Of a stretch of 64,000 bases of DNA, positions 8,418 to 18,847 are shown piece after piece (positions within the stretch are counted from its first letter, which is position 1; each line of letters opens with the position of its first letter). The stretch lies in IMG/VR virus record IMGVR_UViG_3300028179_000157. One strand, written 5' to 3'. Made by a program: the position numbers and the translations under genes. This DNA is from an uncultured virus (IMG/VR IMGVR_UViG_3300028179_000157) (Duplodnaviria > Heunggongvirae > Uroviricota > Caudoviricetes). A model generated the notes under the pieces. The model had not been told where the DNA came from, ran no database searches, and saw only the letters and a list, made by a program, of their open reading frames with translations.

Positions 8418-10990
8418 TAGACGTACCCTTCTTTGAGTCGGATGAAGCGGTTGATGTCAACCTTGTCATCAAGGAAGATCTTGATGGCGCGCTGGAGGAA
8501 GGTGTACTGATAGATGTTCAGCACCGTCTCAACGTACAGGTTGTGCGGATGGATGCTCACGTAGTCGCTGTTCACACCCTGGCGAGTGGGGTCGTAGTCG
8601 AGCAGGTAGACGTAGTCTGCCAGTGCGTCACGAACCTCCTTGTCCGAGTAGTAGAAGCCTGCACCACTGAACTTGCTGATATCCAGCAGCCCATTGATCA
8701 TGTCGTACATCACCTTCGAGGAGAAGGGGCTGTAGACCTGATACAGGCGCGGAATCGGCGAGGTCGGCGGCTTGGCCGGCTCGGGGAGTTTCATCGTCAG
8801 GTAGTCTTCGACGTACGCATCGTTCGCCTTGGACTTGGCGCGCATCGAGTAGGTGTCCTCGGTGGTCAGACCACGCAGGGGAACAACCGGCTCAGTGATC
8901 AGGTACGGCGCACCATTGCGGATGTTCTGCATCTGGATGCCCTGATCGTTCTCGGAGAAGATCAGCTCGTCACGGTGACGGAGCGTGCCTTCCACGATGA
9001 TGCGTACCACCTTGTCGTCGCGCACGTTGTAACGACGGTTGCGGCTGAGCAGCCCGTGCTCAACGAAGCCGAACTCGGCGGGTTCTTCGCGGCTCATGTC
9101 CGACAGGCAGAAGCCCGTGGCACGAACCGTGATCGCCTGCCGTGCGTTGGCCTGGTCGATGTACTCCTTGTTCGTGATGATCACCTGCGGCCACTGTACG
9201 AAGTAGTCCAGGTTCTCGATCAGAGGAGCGCCGTTGAGCCAGAGGTCCAACTGACCCGGTGCGATGTACAGGGGACCGGTGAAGGTCTGGCCCACCTGCG
9301 TCTGCTCAGCAACGATGCTGAACTTCAACAGGCCATCGATCGGAGCCATCGTGAAGCTGTAGGCCAAGAAGCGGTCATCGCAACCCACTGCGGTGAAGGT
9401 GTCGCTACCGGTAGCCCAGGTCACCTTCCCGTTGGAGATGGTGTACTTGGACAGATCACCCGTCACGTCCTTCCACTCGCCATGGCGGATCTCGCCACGC
9501 CACACCGGAGCGGTGTAGAAGCGGTAGTTGTAGGTCGGATCGATCACCGATTCACGCTGACCCTGGGTGAGCGCTGCTGCCACACCACCCACGCCCACGA
9601 TGCCTTCCACCAGCACGCACTGCGCATTGCGCGGGACGTAGTTGATGTTGTCACTGTGGGAATAGAAGCCCAGCAGCCGTCCGCTGCTGTTGTACTCGTA
9701 GATGGTCGAGCGGTTGCGCAGTTCCACCGGCAGATCCACGTAACGACGCACGCTGTCCTGCTTGACCTTCAGCGGGGAGTCGCCGATCAGCTTGGCAGTG
9801 GCGTTGTAGCCGTAGGCGTCTTGCACCATCGGCACAGTGACCGCGGCGCCCTTGGATCGCATGATCTTCGGATACATCGACAGCTCCAACTGGGGAGCGT
9901 GCCAGAACGGCACAACCGAGTCGATGCCCAGCAGGGCCTTGCGCAGGTCCAGCGCAGACAGGCGGTACAGTTCCTTGATGCGGTGGTGCTCATCCACCAG
10001 CGGACGATGGTAGCCGCTGTGACGGATGAACATGCGCACCGTCATCTGGTCGGTGTTCTTCCACAGTCCCATCGCTTCACGCAGCGAGGTGACGTAGGAG
10101 ACCGGGATGCCGTAGTCCTTGTGGGTCACCATGCGCACCGCGTCTTCCTGATTGCGGTGGTACAGGCTGCCCTTCCACTTGGTGCCCTGCACGTTGACCA
10201 GGTAGATCTCCAGGTCGTCGCGATAGTCGATCGTCGAGTCGATCTGGTTCTTGTAGTTCAGCAGGTACTTGCGCTTGTTGTCCAGCGTGGAGACGTAGTT
10301 GTCCAGATCGGAGATCTTGAACTCCACCGTGTTCTTGACGGTGGTGTCGTGGACGTACTCCACCAGCGCACCCTTGGGCAGGGTCATCGGGACGAAGTCA
10401 TCGACGTAGATACCGTCGACAAATGCCAACGTCATTCCGCCCAGTGCCTTGCGGTCACGGAAGCGGCGCTGCATCAGCAGCATCGAGTTGAGATCGTCCA
10501 TCACGCGACCTTCGGTGAAGATCACGTTCTCCTTGCCCTTGGAACGCTGGGACTGGAAGTAGGCGTTGCTGTACAGACGCACGAAGATCGGCGTGTTGTC
10601 CAGTTCCACCAGGCGCGGTTGATCCTGCACGGCCAGCAGGACGTTGCCGTCCTCGTTGACCAGGAACCAGCACTGGAAGCGCGGCAACTGCAAGCCGCTC
10701 TCAGTGTAGATGTCGCTGTACAGGTACTTGCGACGCATGTTCTCGCTCACCGTCTGCCAGATCATCTTGTCCGGCATCAGACCGATCAGCGGAGCGTGCA
10801 GCTGACCGATCTGGTAAACGTGGTAGCGTTCTTTGGGCGTCGGCAAGGGGATCGTGTCCCACAAGACGTTCGTGGTAGCGATGTCCCCTCGCGGCCGGGT
10901 CAGCTTGGCAGGCTTGAAGATCACCTGCTTGTCCTGATCCGGCGTGCACCACACATTCTGCAATGCGTGGCTTACGAGGAAATCGGTCAT
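8417..10990 (-). CDS. Virion structural protein (phiKZ gp27-like, 857 aa)
   Basis: N-terminal HALQNVWCTPDQDKQ; synteny; stop/start overlap with its neighbours. Confidence 0.72.
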   Translation of the reverse strand: MTDFLVSHALQNVWCTPDQDKQVIFKPAKLTRPRGDIATTNVLWDTIPLPTPKERYHVYQIGQLHAPLIGLMPDKMIWQTVSENMRRKYLYSDIYTESGLQLPRFQCWFLVNEDGNVLLAVQDQPRLVELDNTPIFVRLYSNAYFQSQRSKGKENVIFTEGRVMDDLNSMLLMQRRFRDRKALGGMTLAFVDGIYVDDFVPMTLPKGALVEYVHDTTVKNTVEFKISDLDNYVSTLDNKRKYLLNYKNQIDSTIDYRDDLEIYLVNVQGTKWKGSLYHRNQEDAVRMVTHKDYGIPVSYVTSLREAMGLWKNTDQMTVRMFIRHSGYHRPLVDEHHRIKELYRLSALDLRKALLGIDSVVPFWHAPQLELSMYPKIMRSKGAAVTVPMVQDAYGYNATAKLIGDSPLKVKQDSVRRYVDLPVELRNRSTIYEYNSSGRLLGFYSHSDNINYVPRNAQCVLVEGIVGVGGVAAALTQGQRESVIDPTYNYRFYTAPVWRGEIRHGEWKDVTGDLSKYTISNGKVTWATGSDTFTAVGCDDRFLAYSFTMAPIDGLLKFSIVAEQTQVGQTFTGPLYIAPGQLDLWLNGAPLIENLDYFVQWPQVIITNKEYIDQANARQAITVRATGFCLSDMSREEPAEFGFVEHGLLSRNRRYNVRDDKVVRIIVEGTLRHRDELIFSENDQGIQMQNIRNGAPYLITEPVVPLRGLTTEDTYSMRAKSKANDAYVEDYLTMKLPEPAKPPTSPIPRLYQVYSPFSSKVMYDMINGLLDISKFSGAGFYYSDKEVRDALADYVYLLDYDPTRQGVNSDYVSIHPHNLYVETVLNIYQYTFLQRAIKIFLDDKVDINRFIRLKEGYV

Positions 10991-11901
10991 TCTCGTGCTC
11001 CGATCATGTTCAGCAGGTTGAAGGTGAACGTCTTGCTCACCTGACCCTTGTCCAGCTTCTGGAGAAGCTTGGTCAGGAACGTGCGGTGATACAGTCGGTC
11101 ATTGAATGCCGAGTACACCATCGTGATCCAGGTCGGCGGATGTTCCAGCGAGACGTTGACCATCTCCTGGTCGTTGGTGGAGAACCACGAACTGCGCAGG
11201 ACCGTGTACAGGAAACCGACGCTCAGCTGAGCCAGGCGGGGAGAGAAGATCCCTTCCTTGAGCAGGTTGACGAATTCGGCCACGTTGTGCGGCGTGCGGT
11301 GATCACCCATCAGTTCGATGACGGTGTTCGGGTTGCTGCGGGTCAGGTTGGCAATGACCGTGGAGAGACGGCGACGAGTGATCTCATCCTCCATCTCGTT
11401 GGCTTCCTCGAACAGGCCCAGGTAGTACCACGCAGCAGCAATTGCAACGTTCTGCTGTTCCTGCGGGTTCAGATTCAGGGCACGCGTGAGGTTGTCAGAG
11501 ATCCACGTGGCGAAAGCCTTGGGCGCAATGTCGCCCAATGTAATGAACAGTCCCTGTTCCCCTTCTGCCCAAATCCGGGAAAGCACGCCGCGCATGACCA
11601 TGAAATCATGCTGGCTGTGATCACGGACTTGGAATACGCCCAGTCGATCGATCGCGGTATACGGACGCGTATCGATTACCCAGTAAGTTTCGCCCGTGCC
11701 GCGGGTGATTGCAATCGGATGTCCGAACTGTGGGATGACTTTGTTGCTCGGCGGAATTTCCTTCACCTTGTCATACACGTTGCCTGACTTCGTCGTCGCG
11801 TCACGCAGCTCGCCCTCAATGAGCGCCACGTTGATTTCCTTCTCGATCTTGCTGAGATTGTAGGCGCCCAGAGGCGTGGTCTGATAGGGTTGGAGGATCA
11901 T
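10987..11901 (-). CDS. Virion structural protein (phiKZ gp28-like, 304 aa)
   Basis: PYQTT N-terminus, SLEHPPTW motif; divergent from the tail sheath gene. Confidence 0.7.
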   Translation of the reverse strand: MILQPYQTTPLGAYNLSKIEKEINVALIEGELRDATTKSGNVYDKVKEIPPSNKVIPQFGHPIAITRGTGETYWVIDTRPYTAIDRLGVFQVRDHSQHDFMVMRGVLSRIWAEGEQGLFITLGDIAPKAFATWISDNLTRALNLNPQEQQNVAIAAAWYYLGLFEEANEMEDEITRRRLSTVIANLTRSNPNTVIELMGDHRTPHNVAEFVNLLKEGIFSPRLAQLSVGFLYTVLRSSWFSTNDQEMVNVSLEHPPTWITMVYSAFNDRLYHRTFLTKLLQKLDKGQVSKTFTFNLLNMIGARE

Positions 11902-12019
11902 GTCGCCGGCCTTTGCTCTGAAGTTGTAAAAAGATACTCGTTACGCCTAAAGTATTTCCGTATTACTATGATGTACGAGCATCGCTAGTCGCTATAACAT
12001 TCGCCCACAGGAGCCCCTG

Positions 12020-14101
12020 ATGACTGCAATTCGCACCGCCGCTCCGTTCGCCAACCTGCGTGGTACGTTGGACCGTTCGCGGACTGCCCCGGTCTATGAC
12101 CCGGAACAGATCCCGTCGCACTGCCCGATGTTCTACATCTTCGCAGAGAAGGGTCCGACCCTGCCGCAGCTCGTGAGCGGCGCGGGCTTCGAACAGATGT
12201 ACGGCATCAAATCGCTGGATGCACGTGGCAAGTTCGCCACCCACCAGCTCCCGTTCGTCAAGCTGATGAACGCCAACGCCAACGCCATGTTCGTCCAGCG
12301 TGTGATCGACCCGGCAGCAGCTGACGCTGCCACCTGGGCGCTCTACGTGGACATGGTCAAGGACCAGATCAAGCAGTACGAGCGCGGTACGGACGGTCGC
12401 TTCAAGCTCGACACCAACCAGCAGAAGATCCCCACCGGCGAAACCGTCGAAGGTTGGGTCGTCCGCCTGGCATGGGGCGAGCACGTCAAGGGTGACCTGG
12501 GCGTGGCAAGCCAGACCACCGGCATGCTGGTCTCCAGCACCGGCGAGCAGTCCACCATGTTCCCGATCTGGGAAATCAGCGTGTCCGATCCGGGCGCGTA
12601 TGGCAAGAACCTCGGCATCCGCCTGTCGGCGCCGAATGTCAACTCGCAGCCGGCTGGCCTGGACGAAGCAACCGTCCTGAGCAACAAGGCCTACCTGTAT
12701 CGCCTGGCCGCCGTTGAGCGTCCCAATGCCGCCAGCTCCGCTGTCGTGCAGGAAGGCGTGAAGGGTCAGCGTTACCTGGACTTCTCGTTCAAGGACGGCG
12801 TGATCTCGGCTGAAGACCAGGCCTTCTACATCGGCGATTCGCTGGTGGAGACCTGGCGTGAAGTGGAAGACAGCGGCGTGCTGCGCAAGCAGGGTCCGTT
12901 CGGTGCGCAGTTCATCTACCAGGACAACCTGGAAGAAGTGCTGACCCGTCTGTTCGAAGCGGAACAGCCCTTCGGCCTGCTGGGTGAAGACGACGATGCT
13001 GCCGAGAACTACCACCTGGTCAACTTCCTGACCGCGACCGACCAGTACCTCACCCCGTACTTCGCGGTGGAACTGCGCGGCCCGCTGCAGGGTGGCCTGC
13101 TGTTCGATGCCAGCTCCACGCATTACGCGGTGGGTGGTGAAGACGGCAAGACCGATGCGAAGACCTTCAACGAGCTGGTGCGCGAACAGGCGCAGAACTT
13201 CGGCGAGCTGGAAGCGGATCTGTACGACACCGCGGTCTACGACATGTCCGTGTTCTACGATTCCGGTTTCGACATGGACACGAAGAACGCGCTGCTGTCG
13301 ATCATCGGCAAGCGTTACGACGTGGCCGTGATCGTGGCGACGCAGGACGTGGACCGTCCGATCAATGCCCCCGAAGCCGACTCCTCGGCCGCGATGGCAC
13401 TGTCGACCCGCGCGTCGAACTACCCCGAGTCGGTTCTGTTCGGTACGCCTGCCTGCCGCGCTGCGGTGGTTGCTGGCGCCGGCAAGCTGAAGAACCAGTC
13501 GGTCTACCGTGGCCTGCTGCCCTTCACCTACGAAATCGCCAACATGTGCTCGAAGTTCATGGGCGCTGGCAACGGTTTCTGGGCGGACGAGTACTCGATG
13601 GATGAGTACCCGAACAACGTGATGTCGTCCTTCAAGGACACCAACATCGTGTTCCGCCGTGCAGGGGCTCGTGACGAAGACTGGCGCAACAACATGATCT
13701 ACGCCCAGAACTTCGATCGCCGCTCGGCGCACTTCCCGGCGTTCCAGACCGTGTACCAGGATGACTCCTCGGTGCTCAACTCGCTGGTGACGATGTTCGC
13801 CATCGTCGAGGTCGAGAAGATCTGCCAGCGCGTGTGGCGTCGTCTGACGGGCATCTCCAAGCTGACCGGTGAGCAGTTCGCCGAGCGCTCGGATCGCCTG
13901 ATCAACGCCGAGCTGAAGGATCGCTTCGGCACCCGCTTCATCTTCACCGCTGTCACCAGCTTCACCCCGGACGACACCCAGCGTGGTTACAGCTGGTCGA
14001 CCCAGGTGGACGTCGGTGCCAACGGCCAGATGACCGTGGGTAGCTACACGATCGTCGCTCGTCGCCGTGCCGACATGGAAGCGAGCCAGACGGGGGCGTA
14101 A
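12020..14101 (+). CDS. Contractile tail sheath protein (phiKZ gp29-like, 693 aa)
   Basis: IPSHCPMFYIFAEKGP N-terminus, YDSGF, YPES..FGTP, QTVYQDDSSVLNS; immediately followed by the tube gene. Confidence 0.88.
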   Translation: MTAIRTAAPFANLRGTLDRSRTAPVYDPEQIPSHCPMFYIFAEKGPTLPQLVSGAGFEQMYGIKSLDARGKFATHQLPFVKLMNANANAMFVQRVIDPAAADAATWALYVDMVKDQIKQYERGTDGRFKLDTNQQKIPTGETVEGWVVRLAWGEHVKGDLGVASQTTGMLVSSTGEQSTMFPIWEISVSDPGAYGKNLGIRLSAPNVNSQPAGLDEATVLSNKAYLYRLAAVERPNAASSAVVQEGVKGQRYLDFSFKDGVISAEDQAFYIGDSLVETWREVEDSGVLRKQGPFGAQFIYQDNLEEVLTRLFEAEQPFGLLGEDDDAAENYHLVNFLTATDQYLTPYFAVELRGPLQGGLLFDASSTHYAVGGEDGKTDAKTFNELVREQAQNFGELEADLYDTAVYDMSVFYDSGFDMDTKNALLSIIGKRYDVAVIVATQDVDRPINAPEADSSAAMALSTRASNYPESVLFGTPACRAAVVAGAGKLKNQSVYRGLLPFTYEIANMCSKFMGAGNGFWADEYSMDEYPNNVMSSFKDTNIVFRRAGARDEDWRNNMIYAQNFDRRSAHFPAFQTVYQDDSSVLNSLVTMFAIVEVEKICQRVWRRLTGISKLTGEQFAERSDRLINAELKDRFGTRFIFTAVTSFTPDDTQRGYSWSTQVDVGANGQMTVGSYTIVARRRADMEASQTGA

Positions 14102-14154
14102 GCCCCCCGATGGTCACGCCCTGAACCCGTTTACTACAACTCAGGAGTTACTCC

Positions 14155-15024
14155 ATGCGTTTGAAAGACGCTCTCGCGGGTCAGAAGGGTCCGAACCGCT
14201 TCGGCCACGCTCCGACCCTGGACACCCGTTACGGCGCGTCGATGGGCTTCACTCCGGATTACAAGGCGTACGTTTCCAATGCGCCTTTCGTCCGCCGGAA
14301 CCTCTTCGCGCTGCTGCTGGAAGCCCCCGCTGGTTTCCAGAACCTGCCCAACCCGGAATACTGGGTTGGCGCCCTGAAGGCCCTGATCGAAGAGCAGTCG
14401 CTCGTGATCGAAGGTCTGACCGGTACGCTGACCGCGTCCTTCGAAGACACCCCGTTCGGTGGTGCCGGCGAAATGATGCAGGCAGTCTCGGACATGAAGC
14501 GCGAGCGCTCCCAGCCCTCGCACACCGTGAACGAGAAGTACGGCCGCTCCTGGAACAAGTTCCTGGAAGGCTGGATGACCGGTCTGCTGATGGACCCGGA
14601 AAGCAAGGTTCCCACCGTGATGGCCAACAGCGTTGCTGCCAACCGTCCGACGGACCTGCTGCCGGACGTGGTCGGTGCCACCGTGCTCTACATCGAGCCG
14701 GACCCCACCCACACCCATCCGCTGAAGGCCTACCTGACCACCAACATGATGCCGGAAACCGGCGGCGAAGTACAGAGCCGTCGCGACCTGACGCAGGCTG
14801 GTGAGAAGCTGGACATCCCGATTCGTTTCTCGGGCGTGACCCAGCAGGGCGAAGGCGTGCTCCGCTTCGCCGAGCAGATGATGCGCCGGATCAACATGAC
14901 CGGCGTCAATCCGAACCTGCGTCCGGCCTTCATGGACCGGATCAGCGCCGACGTCAGCGCGCTGTCGGATACCGGTTACGTCGAGGCGATCAACCGCCAG
15001 GCCAACACCGCGATCAACCCGTAA
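14155..15024 (+). CDS. Tail tube protein (phiKZ gp30-like, 289 aa)
   Basis: Follows the sheath; LLEAP.GF, EKYG, LYIEPDP, NMMP motifs; strong codon bias. Confidence 0.85.
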   Translation: MRLKDALAGQKGPNRFGHAPTLDTRYGASMGFTPDYKAYVSNAPFVRRNLFALLLEAPAGFQNLPNPEYWVGALKALIEEQSLVIEGLTGTLTASFEDTPFGGAGEMMQAVSDMKRERSQPSHTVNEKYGRSWNKFLEGWMTGLLMDPESKVPTVMANSVAANRPTDLLPDVVGATVLYIEPDPTHTHPLKAYLTTNMMPETGGEVQSRRDLTQAGEKLDIPIRFSGVTQQGEGVLRFAEQMMRRINMTGVNPNLRPAFMDRISADVSALSDTGYVEAINRQANTAINP

Positions 15025-15033
15025 CTTGGGTTG

Positions 15034-15071
15034 GACATATCGGGAGGGGCTTCGGCCCCTCCCTTTATGCC
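15034..15071 (+). terminator. GACATA-hairpin(UUCG)-TATGCC element
   Basis: GGGAGGGGC-TTCG-GCCCCTCCC then TTTATGCC. Confidence 0.8.
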
Positions 15072-15076
15072 GGATT

Positions 15077-15102
15077 CCAATATCTTTCAACCCTATATCA
15101 CC
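15077..15102 (+). promoter_or_regulatory. Putative early promoter
   Basis: TTTCAACCCTATATCACC matches the recurring TTTCA.nn.TAyAyyAy motif. Confidence 0.6.
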
Positions 15103-15143
15103 TTACTGCAATACCTTCAGTAATTCACCACCAATGGAGTTCC

Positions 15144-15494
15144 ATGATGCTCGTCCTTAAAGTAATCGTCACCATCTTCGCGGTGGGAACCCTCATCTTC
15201 AACATCTCGATGGGGTTCTCTTGGATCTCACACTTCTACATCAGCAGGGGGAAAGACAACTATCACTTCGACTACAGTGGGGGACTTCATGTTCACGGGG
15301 AACAGCAACTGGTGCTGATCGAGATCGGCTCCTTCGTACTGGCAGCACTTGCAACAATCTTGGCTCTACTTTCGATGTACCTGCACTACGCTCTTGTTGT
15401 CAACTTTGCGATCGCTACGATGTTCGCATTGGGCAGCGCACGAGGCATTCGTCACCAACGCCTCATCCCCATTTCCCATCGTTTCCATTTGTAG
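15144..15494 (+). CDS. Small multi-pass membrane protein (116 aa)
   Basis: GGAG RBS; about three hydrophobic segments. Confidence 0.7.
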   Translation: MMLVLKVIVTIFAVGTLIFNISMGFSWISHFYISRGKDNYHFDYSGGLHVHGEQQLVLIEIGSFVLAALATILALLSMYLHYALVVNFAIATMFALGSARGIRHQRLIPISHRFHL

Positions 15495-15503
15495 GAGAGC
15501 CCC

Positions 15504-15743
15504 ATGGCTTCGCAAATCAATCAGACACAACTGCGGCTGGTCCGCGTTGTCGACTCACCGACCGGCCCGGTCCATGTTCCGGCCAAGACCTTCCCGCGCA
15601 AGAACTTCGTTCAGCGCGCCTGGGATGACGATCCGGCTGCCGTGGTCGCTGGCGGCATTGTGCTGCTCGGCGTGGGCATCATTGCTGGTGCTCTGATCCA
15701 CGAGCACTTCTTCGATGAGCCGCCGCAGTTCCACTACCTGTAA
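15504..15743 (+). CDS. Small single-pass membrane protein (79 aa)
   Basis: AGGAG RBS; AAVVAGGIVLLGVGIIAGALI segment. Confidence 0.7.
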   Translation: MASQINQTQLRLVRVVDSPTGPVHVPAKTFPRKNFVQRAWDDDPAAVVAGGIVLLGVGIIAGALIHEHFFDEPPQFHYL

Positions 15744-15767
15744 ACCAATCGCACACAAGGAACCCCG

Positions 15768-16133
15768 ATGTTCGTTATCAACCTGTTTGACGTGCTTTTC
15801 GCCATCCTCTTTACTGGTCCCCTGCTGTTCTGGGGATGGGTCATGAAACGCACGTGGAACAAGAGCGTGGCTAATCGAAGGATCGATACGTTCTGGACTA
15901 AGGCCACGCTGGCAATAGACCATGATGACCGACGTTACCGTGGCCATGCCATCATTTGGAACGCGGTCTTCTTCGGTCTTATCGTGATGGGCATTCTGGT
16001 TCCAGTGGTCATCATGCTAGCCTGGGGGCGCTCGTGGGTCGTCTTGATCCCGAGCGCCGTTTCCCTCTACCCCATTCTTACCATGACGGCTTACCGCTCA
16101 TGGTGTTCCACCCGAGTTTCAACCAGCGCATAA
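15768..16133 (+). CDS. Small multi-pass membrane protein (121 aa)
   Basis: AAGGA RBS; three hydrophobic segments. Confidence 0.7.
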   Translation: MFVINLFDVLFAILFTGPLLFWGWVMKRTWNKSVANRRIDTFWTKATLAIDHDDRRYRGHAIIWNAVFFGLIVMGILVPVVIMLAWGRSWVVLIPSAVSLYPILTMTAYRSWCSTRVSTSA

Positions 16134-16150
16134 ACGGAGCTTCAAAGAAC

Positions 16151-16498
16151 ATGGCAATTTTCCTCTTCAGTATCCTCGCGGGCATCTACCTCACCCTCTC
16201 TGTCTGGAAGGCAATGGATGAGCGGCATCAACTCGAAGTCATTGCGGGTATGATGCCCAAGACGTTCAACCTGGAAGTGGCCGACGCACGTGAGTCGCCG
16301 CTCCTGTTCTGGTTTGGTGTGCTGGCAAGCTGCTGGCTCTGGTTCGTTCTCGGTGGGATCGCGTTCTACTTCATCTACGACGATTTCAACTACGGCTACG
16401 AGAAGATCCTGCTGTGGCCGTTCATCGCCGCACTGGTTCGCATCACCCAGCGGCTGCACGCTTACAGCCTCTACCGCGAGATCGCCAAGCTCCACTGA
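16151..16498 (+). CDS. Small multi-pass membrane protein (115 aa; start moved to ATG 16151)
   Basis: GGAG upstream; MAIFLFSILAGIYLTLSVW plus two further hydrophobic segments. Confidence 0.7.
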   Translation: MAIFLFSILAGIYLTLSVWKAMDERHQLEVIAGMMPKTFNLEVADARESPLLFWFGVLASCWLWFVLGGIAFYFIYDDFNYGYEKILLWPFIAALVRITQRLHAYSLYREIAKLH

Positions 16499-16510
16499 TT
16501 CCCCTATGGG

Positions 16511-16570
16511 CTCCCGCTCTGCTCACCGAAAGGTGGGTGGGGCGGGAGATTCTATGGGACTTATTTTTTT
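16511..16570 (+). terminator. Long GC hairpin with GAAA loop, TATG and T-tract
   Basis: CTCCCGCTCTGCTCACC-GAAA-GGTGGGTGGGGCGGGAG, then TCTATG and TTATTTTTTT. Confidence 0.7.
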
Positions 16571-16581
16571 GGTGTCTGGCT

Positions 16582-18801
16582 ATGATTCTGTTCAAAGAAG
16601 ATTGGGACAAGTATTACAACCCCATTCCCGATTACAACACCACGAACGAAAGCTTCCTGAAAATGGCCTCCAAGTACAAGGCCATGGGGATCCAGAACTA
16701 CCACTGGCATCTGGCGCTGATGCAGCCGGAGCTCTCGGGCGTAGACGCACACGATCCGGACCTTGATCCGGAAATCAAGCTGATGATCAGCCGCGAGTGC
16801 AAGTTCAACCCGATGTACTTCTTCCGTGAAGTCGTCCGCATTCCGCCGCAGGGTGAACCCGAAGCTGTCCCACTGCGGGCCAACCGCGGCAACATGGCTC
16901 TGTACTGGAGCTTCTTCAACAACATCGACTGCTTCTTGATCCAGCCGCGACAGACGGGTAAGTCGGTCTCCACTGACGCCCTGTCCACCTGGATCGTTTA
17001 CGTCGGTGCACGCAATACCCGCATGTACCTGATCACGAAGGATCATGCGCTGCGCAAGGCCAATATCGATCGACTCAAAACCTTCCGCGACGAACTGCCG
17101 CCGTGGATGCTGGAACGTTCGGCAGCAGATGCCAACAACAGCGAAGAGATCAGCTACATGGCGCTGGGCAACCGCTACAGCACCGGCGTGTCGCAGGGCG
17201 ACCCCAAGGGCGCTGACAAGCTGGGTCGTGGTCTGACCGTGCCTGTGCTGCACTTCGATGAGCCGCCGTACGTTGACTACATCGGCATCACGCTGCCCGT
17301 GGCCATTTCCTCGGGTAACGCGGCGCGTGAGAATGCCCGACGTAACGGCCAGCCCTCCGGGATCATCTACACAACTACCGCAGGTCGAAAGGATGACCGT
17401 GACGGTGGCTTCATGTACGACGTGCTGATGGGTGGCACGGTGTGGAACGAGGCCTACTTCGATTGTAAGGACAACGCCGAGCTGATTGAGACGGTGAAGG
17501 CCAACGGTCGTGACAAGGTCTCCCCGCTGCTGAACATCACCATGTCCCATCGTCAGTTGGGTCTGACCGACGAATGGCTGCACGTGGCAATGGCCAAGGC
17601 CAAGATCTCCGGTGAAGCGGCCGACCGCGATTACCTGAACATCTGGACCTCTGGTACGCAGAGTTCCCCACTGACCCCCGCACAGAACGAGGCCATCCGT
17701 CTGAGCGAAATGGAGATCGTGGAAAACGAGATCCACCGTGAAGGTCGTTACGCATTGCGCAAGTACTTCGACAGCGAAGACTTCATGTACGTGCATGACA
17801 ACAGTCACTTCCTGGCCGGTATGGATACCTCCGATGCCATCGGTCGCGACGGCATTGGTCTGGTCGTCTCCAATGCGTACAACATGGCAACCGCTGCAGC
17901 TGGCACGTACAACAAGACCAACCTGCTTCAGTACGCTACCTACGTGGCGCACCTGATGAAGAAGTACCCGAACATGACGTTGATCGTTGAGCGCAAGGGC
18001 TCGGGTCAGTCGGTACTGGACATGCTGTTGATGCTCCTGCCGAAGATGGGGATGGATCCCTTCAAGCGTCTGTTCAACCGGGTGGTCGATGAAGCTGCTG
18101 AGAAGCGTGATCGCTTCGAGGAAGTCTGGCGTACTCCGGAGACCCACCGCAGCGTGGAGTTCTACTCTCGCTACAAGGAACTGTTCGGCTTCGTCACGAC
18201 CAAGGAAACCCGTGACCTGCTGTACGGGGACGTGTTGCAGGAAGCGGCGCGTGGTTGCTGTGATGGCGTCATCGACAAAACGCTGTCCAATGAAATCCGT
18301 GGGCTGGTCATCAAGAACGGTCGACTGGATCACAAGGCCGGTGGGCACGATGACATGGTCATCTCCTGGCTGCTCAACCACTGGCTGGCTCAGTACGGTC
18401 GGAACCTGGAGCACTACGGTATCCCGACCAAGCTGCTGCGTCGTGCTGTCTCCAACGCGGGGCGTGCTCTGCGTCATGAGGAGGTCCGTCAGCAGGAACA
18501 GCAATCCAGCCTCCAGCAGGAGATCGACGCGCTCGCTGACAAGCTCAAGAGCGTACGTGACCCGATGCTGGAAGCCAAGCTGTCTCACCGCCTGAAGGTT
18601 CTCCAGAGCCGTGTGGTGGTCTCCGATGCTGACGCTACCAGTGTGGATGAACTGCTGCGTAGTAGCGAGGACTCGCGTGAGGTTAGCATGAAGTCCGATG
18701 CTGTGGCTCGCCGTCGTCCGATCGATTCCGATTCCCTGCGCAATGGTCTGCGAGGTCGTCGTTCCGATCCTCTGCGTGAACTGGCAGTGTGGCGAAGCTG
18801 A
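16582..18801 (+). CDS. terL: Terminase large subunit (phiKZ gp25-like, ~739 aa; start moved to ATG 16582)
   Basis: Walker A PRQTGKS, Walker B LHFDE, coupling motif TTT, nuclease motifs GMDTS and GGHDDMVISW. Confidence 0.93.
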   Translation: MILFKEDWDKYYNPIPDYNTTNESFLKMASKYKAMGIQNYHWHLALMQPELSGVDAHDPDLDPEIKLMISRECKFNPMYFFREVVRIPPQGEPEAVPLRANRGNMALYWSFFNNIDCFLIQPRQTGKSVSTDALSTWIVYVGARNTRMYLITKDHALRKANIDRLKTFRDELPPWMLERSAADANNSEEISYMALGNRYSTGVSQGDPKGADKLGRGLTVPVLHFDEPPYVDYIGITLPVAISSGNAARENARRNGQPSGIIYTTTAGRKDDRDGGFMYDVLMGGTVWNEAYFDCKDNAELIETVKANGRDKVSPLLNITMSHRQLGLTDEWLHVAMAKAKISGEAADRDYLNIWTSGTQSSPLTPAQNEAIRLSEMEIVENEIHREGRYALRKYFDSEDFMYVHDNSHFLAGMDTSDAIGRDGIGLVVSNAYNMATAAAGTYNKTNLLQYATYVAHLMKKYPNMTLIVERKGSGQSVLDMLLMLLPKMGMDPFKRLFNRVVDEAAEKRDRFEEVWRTPETHRSVEFYSRYKELFGFVTTKETRDLLYGDVLQEAARGCCDGVIDKTLSNEIRGLVIKNGRLDHKAGGHDDMVISWLLNHWLAQYGRNLEHYGIPTKLLRRAVSNAGRALRHEEVRQQEQQSSLQQEIDALADKLKSVRDPMLEAKLSHRLKVLQSRVVVSDADATSVDELLRSSEDSREVSMKSDAVARRRPIDSDSLRNGLRGRRSDPLRELAVWRS

Positions 18802-18847
18802 TCTGTATGAACCCTTCACTGGGTAATACGAAACGGGAGAGTTGATA

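Noticed and set aside
16414..16581. N-terminal extension of the terminase ORF in the track
   Set aside because: Crosses the upstream gene and a terminator hairpin; the protein plausibly starts at ATG 16582 (MILF..DW).
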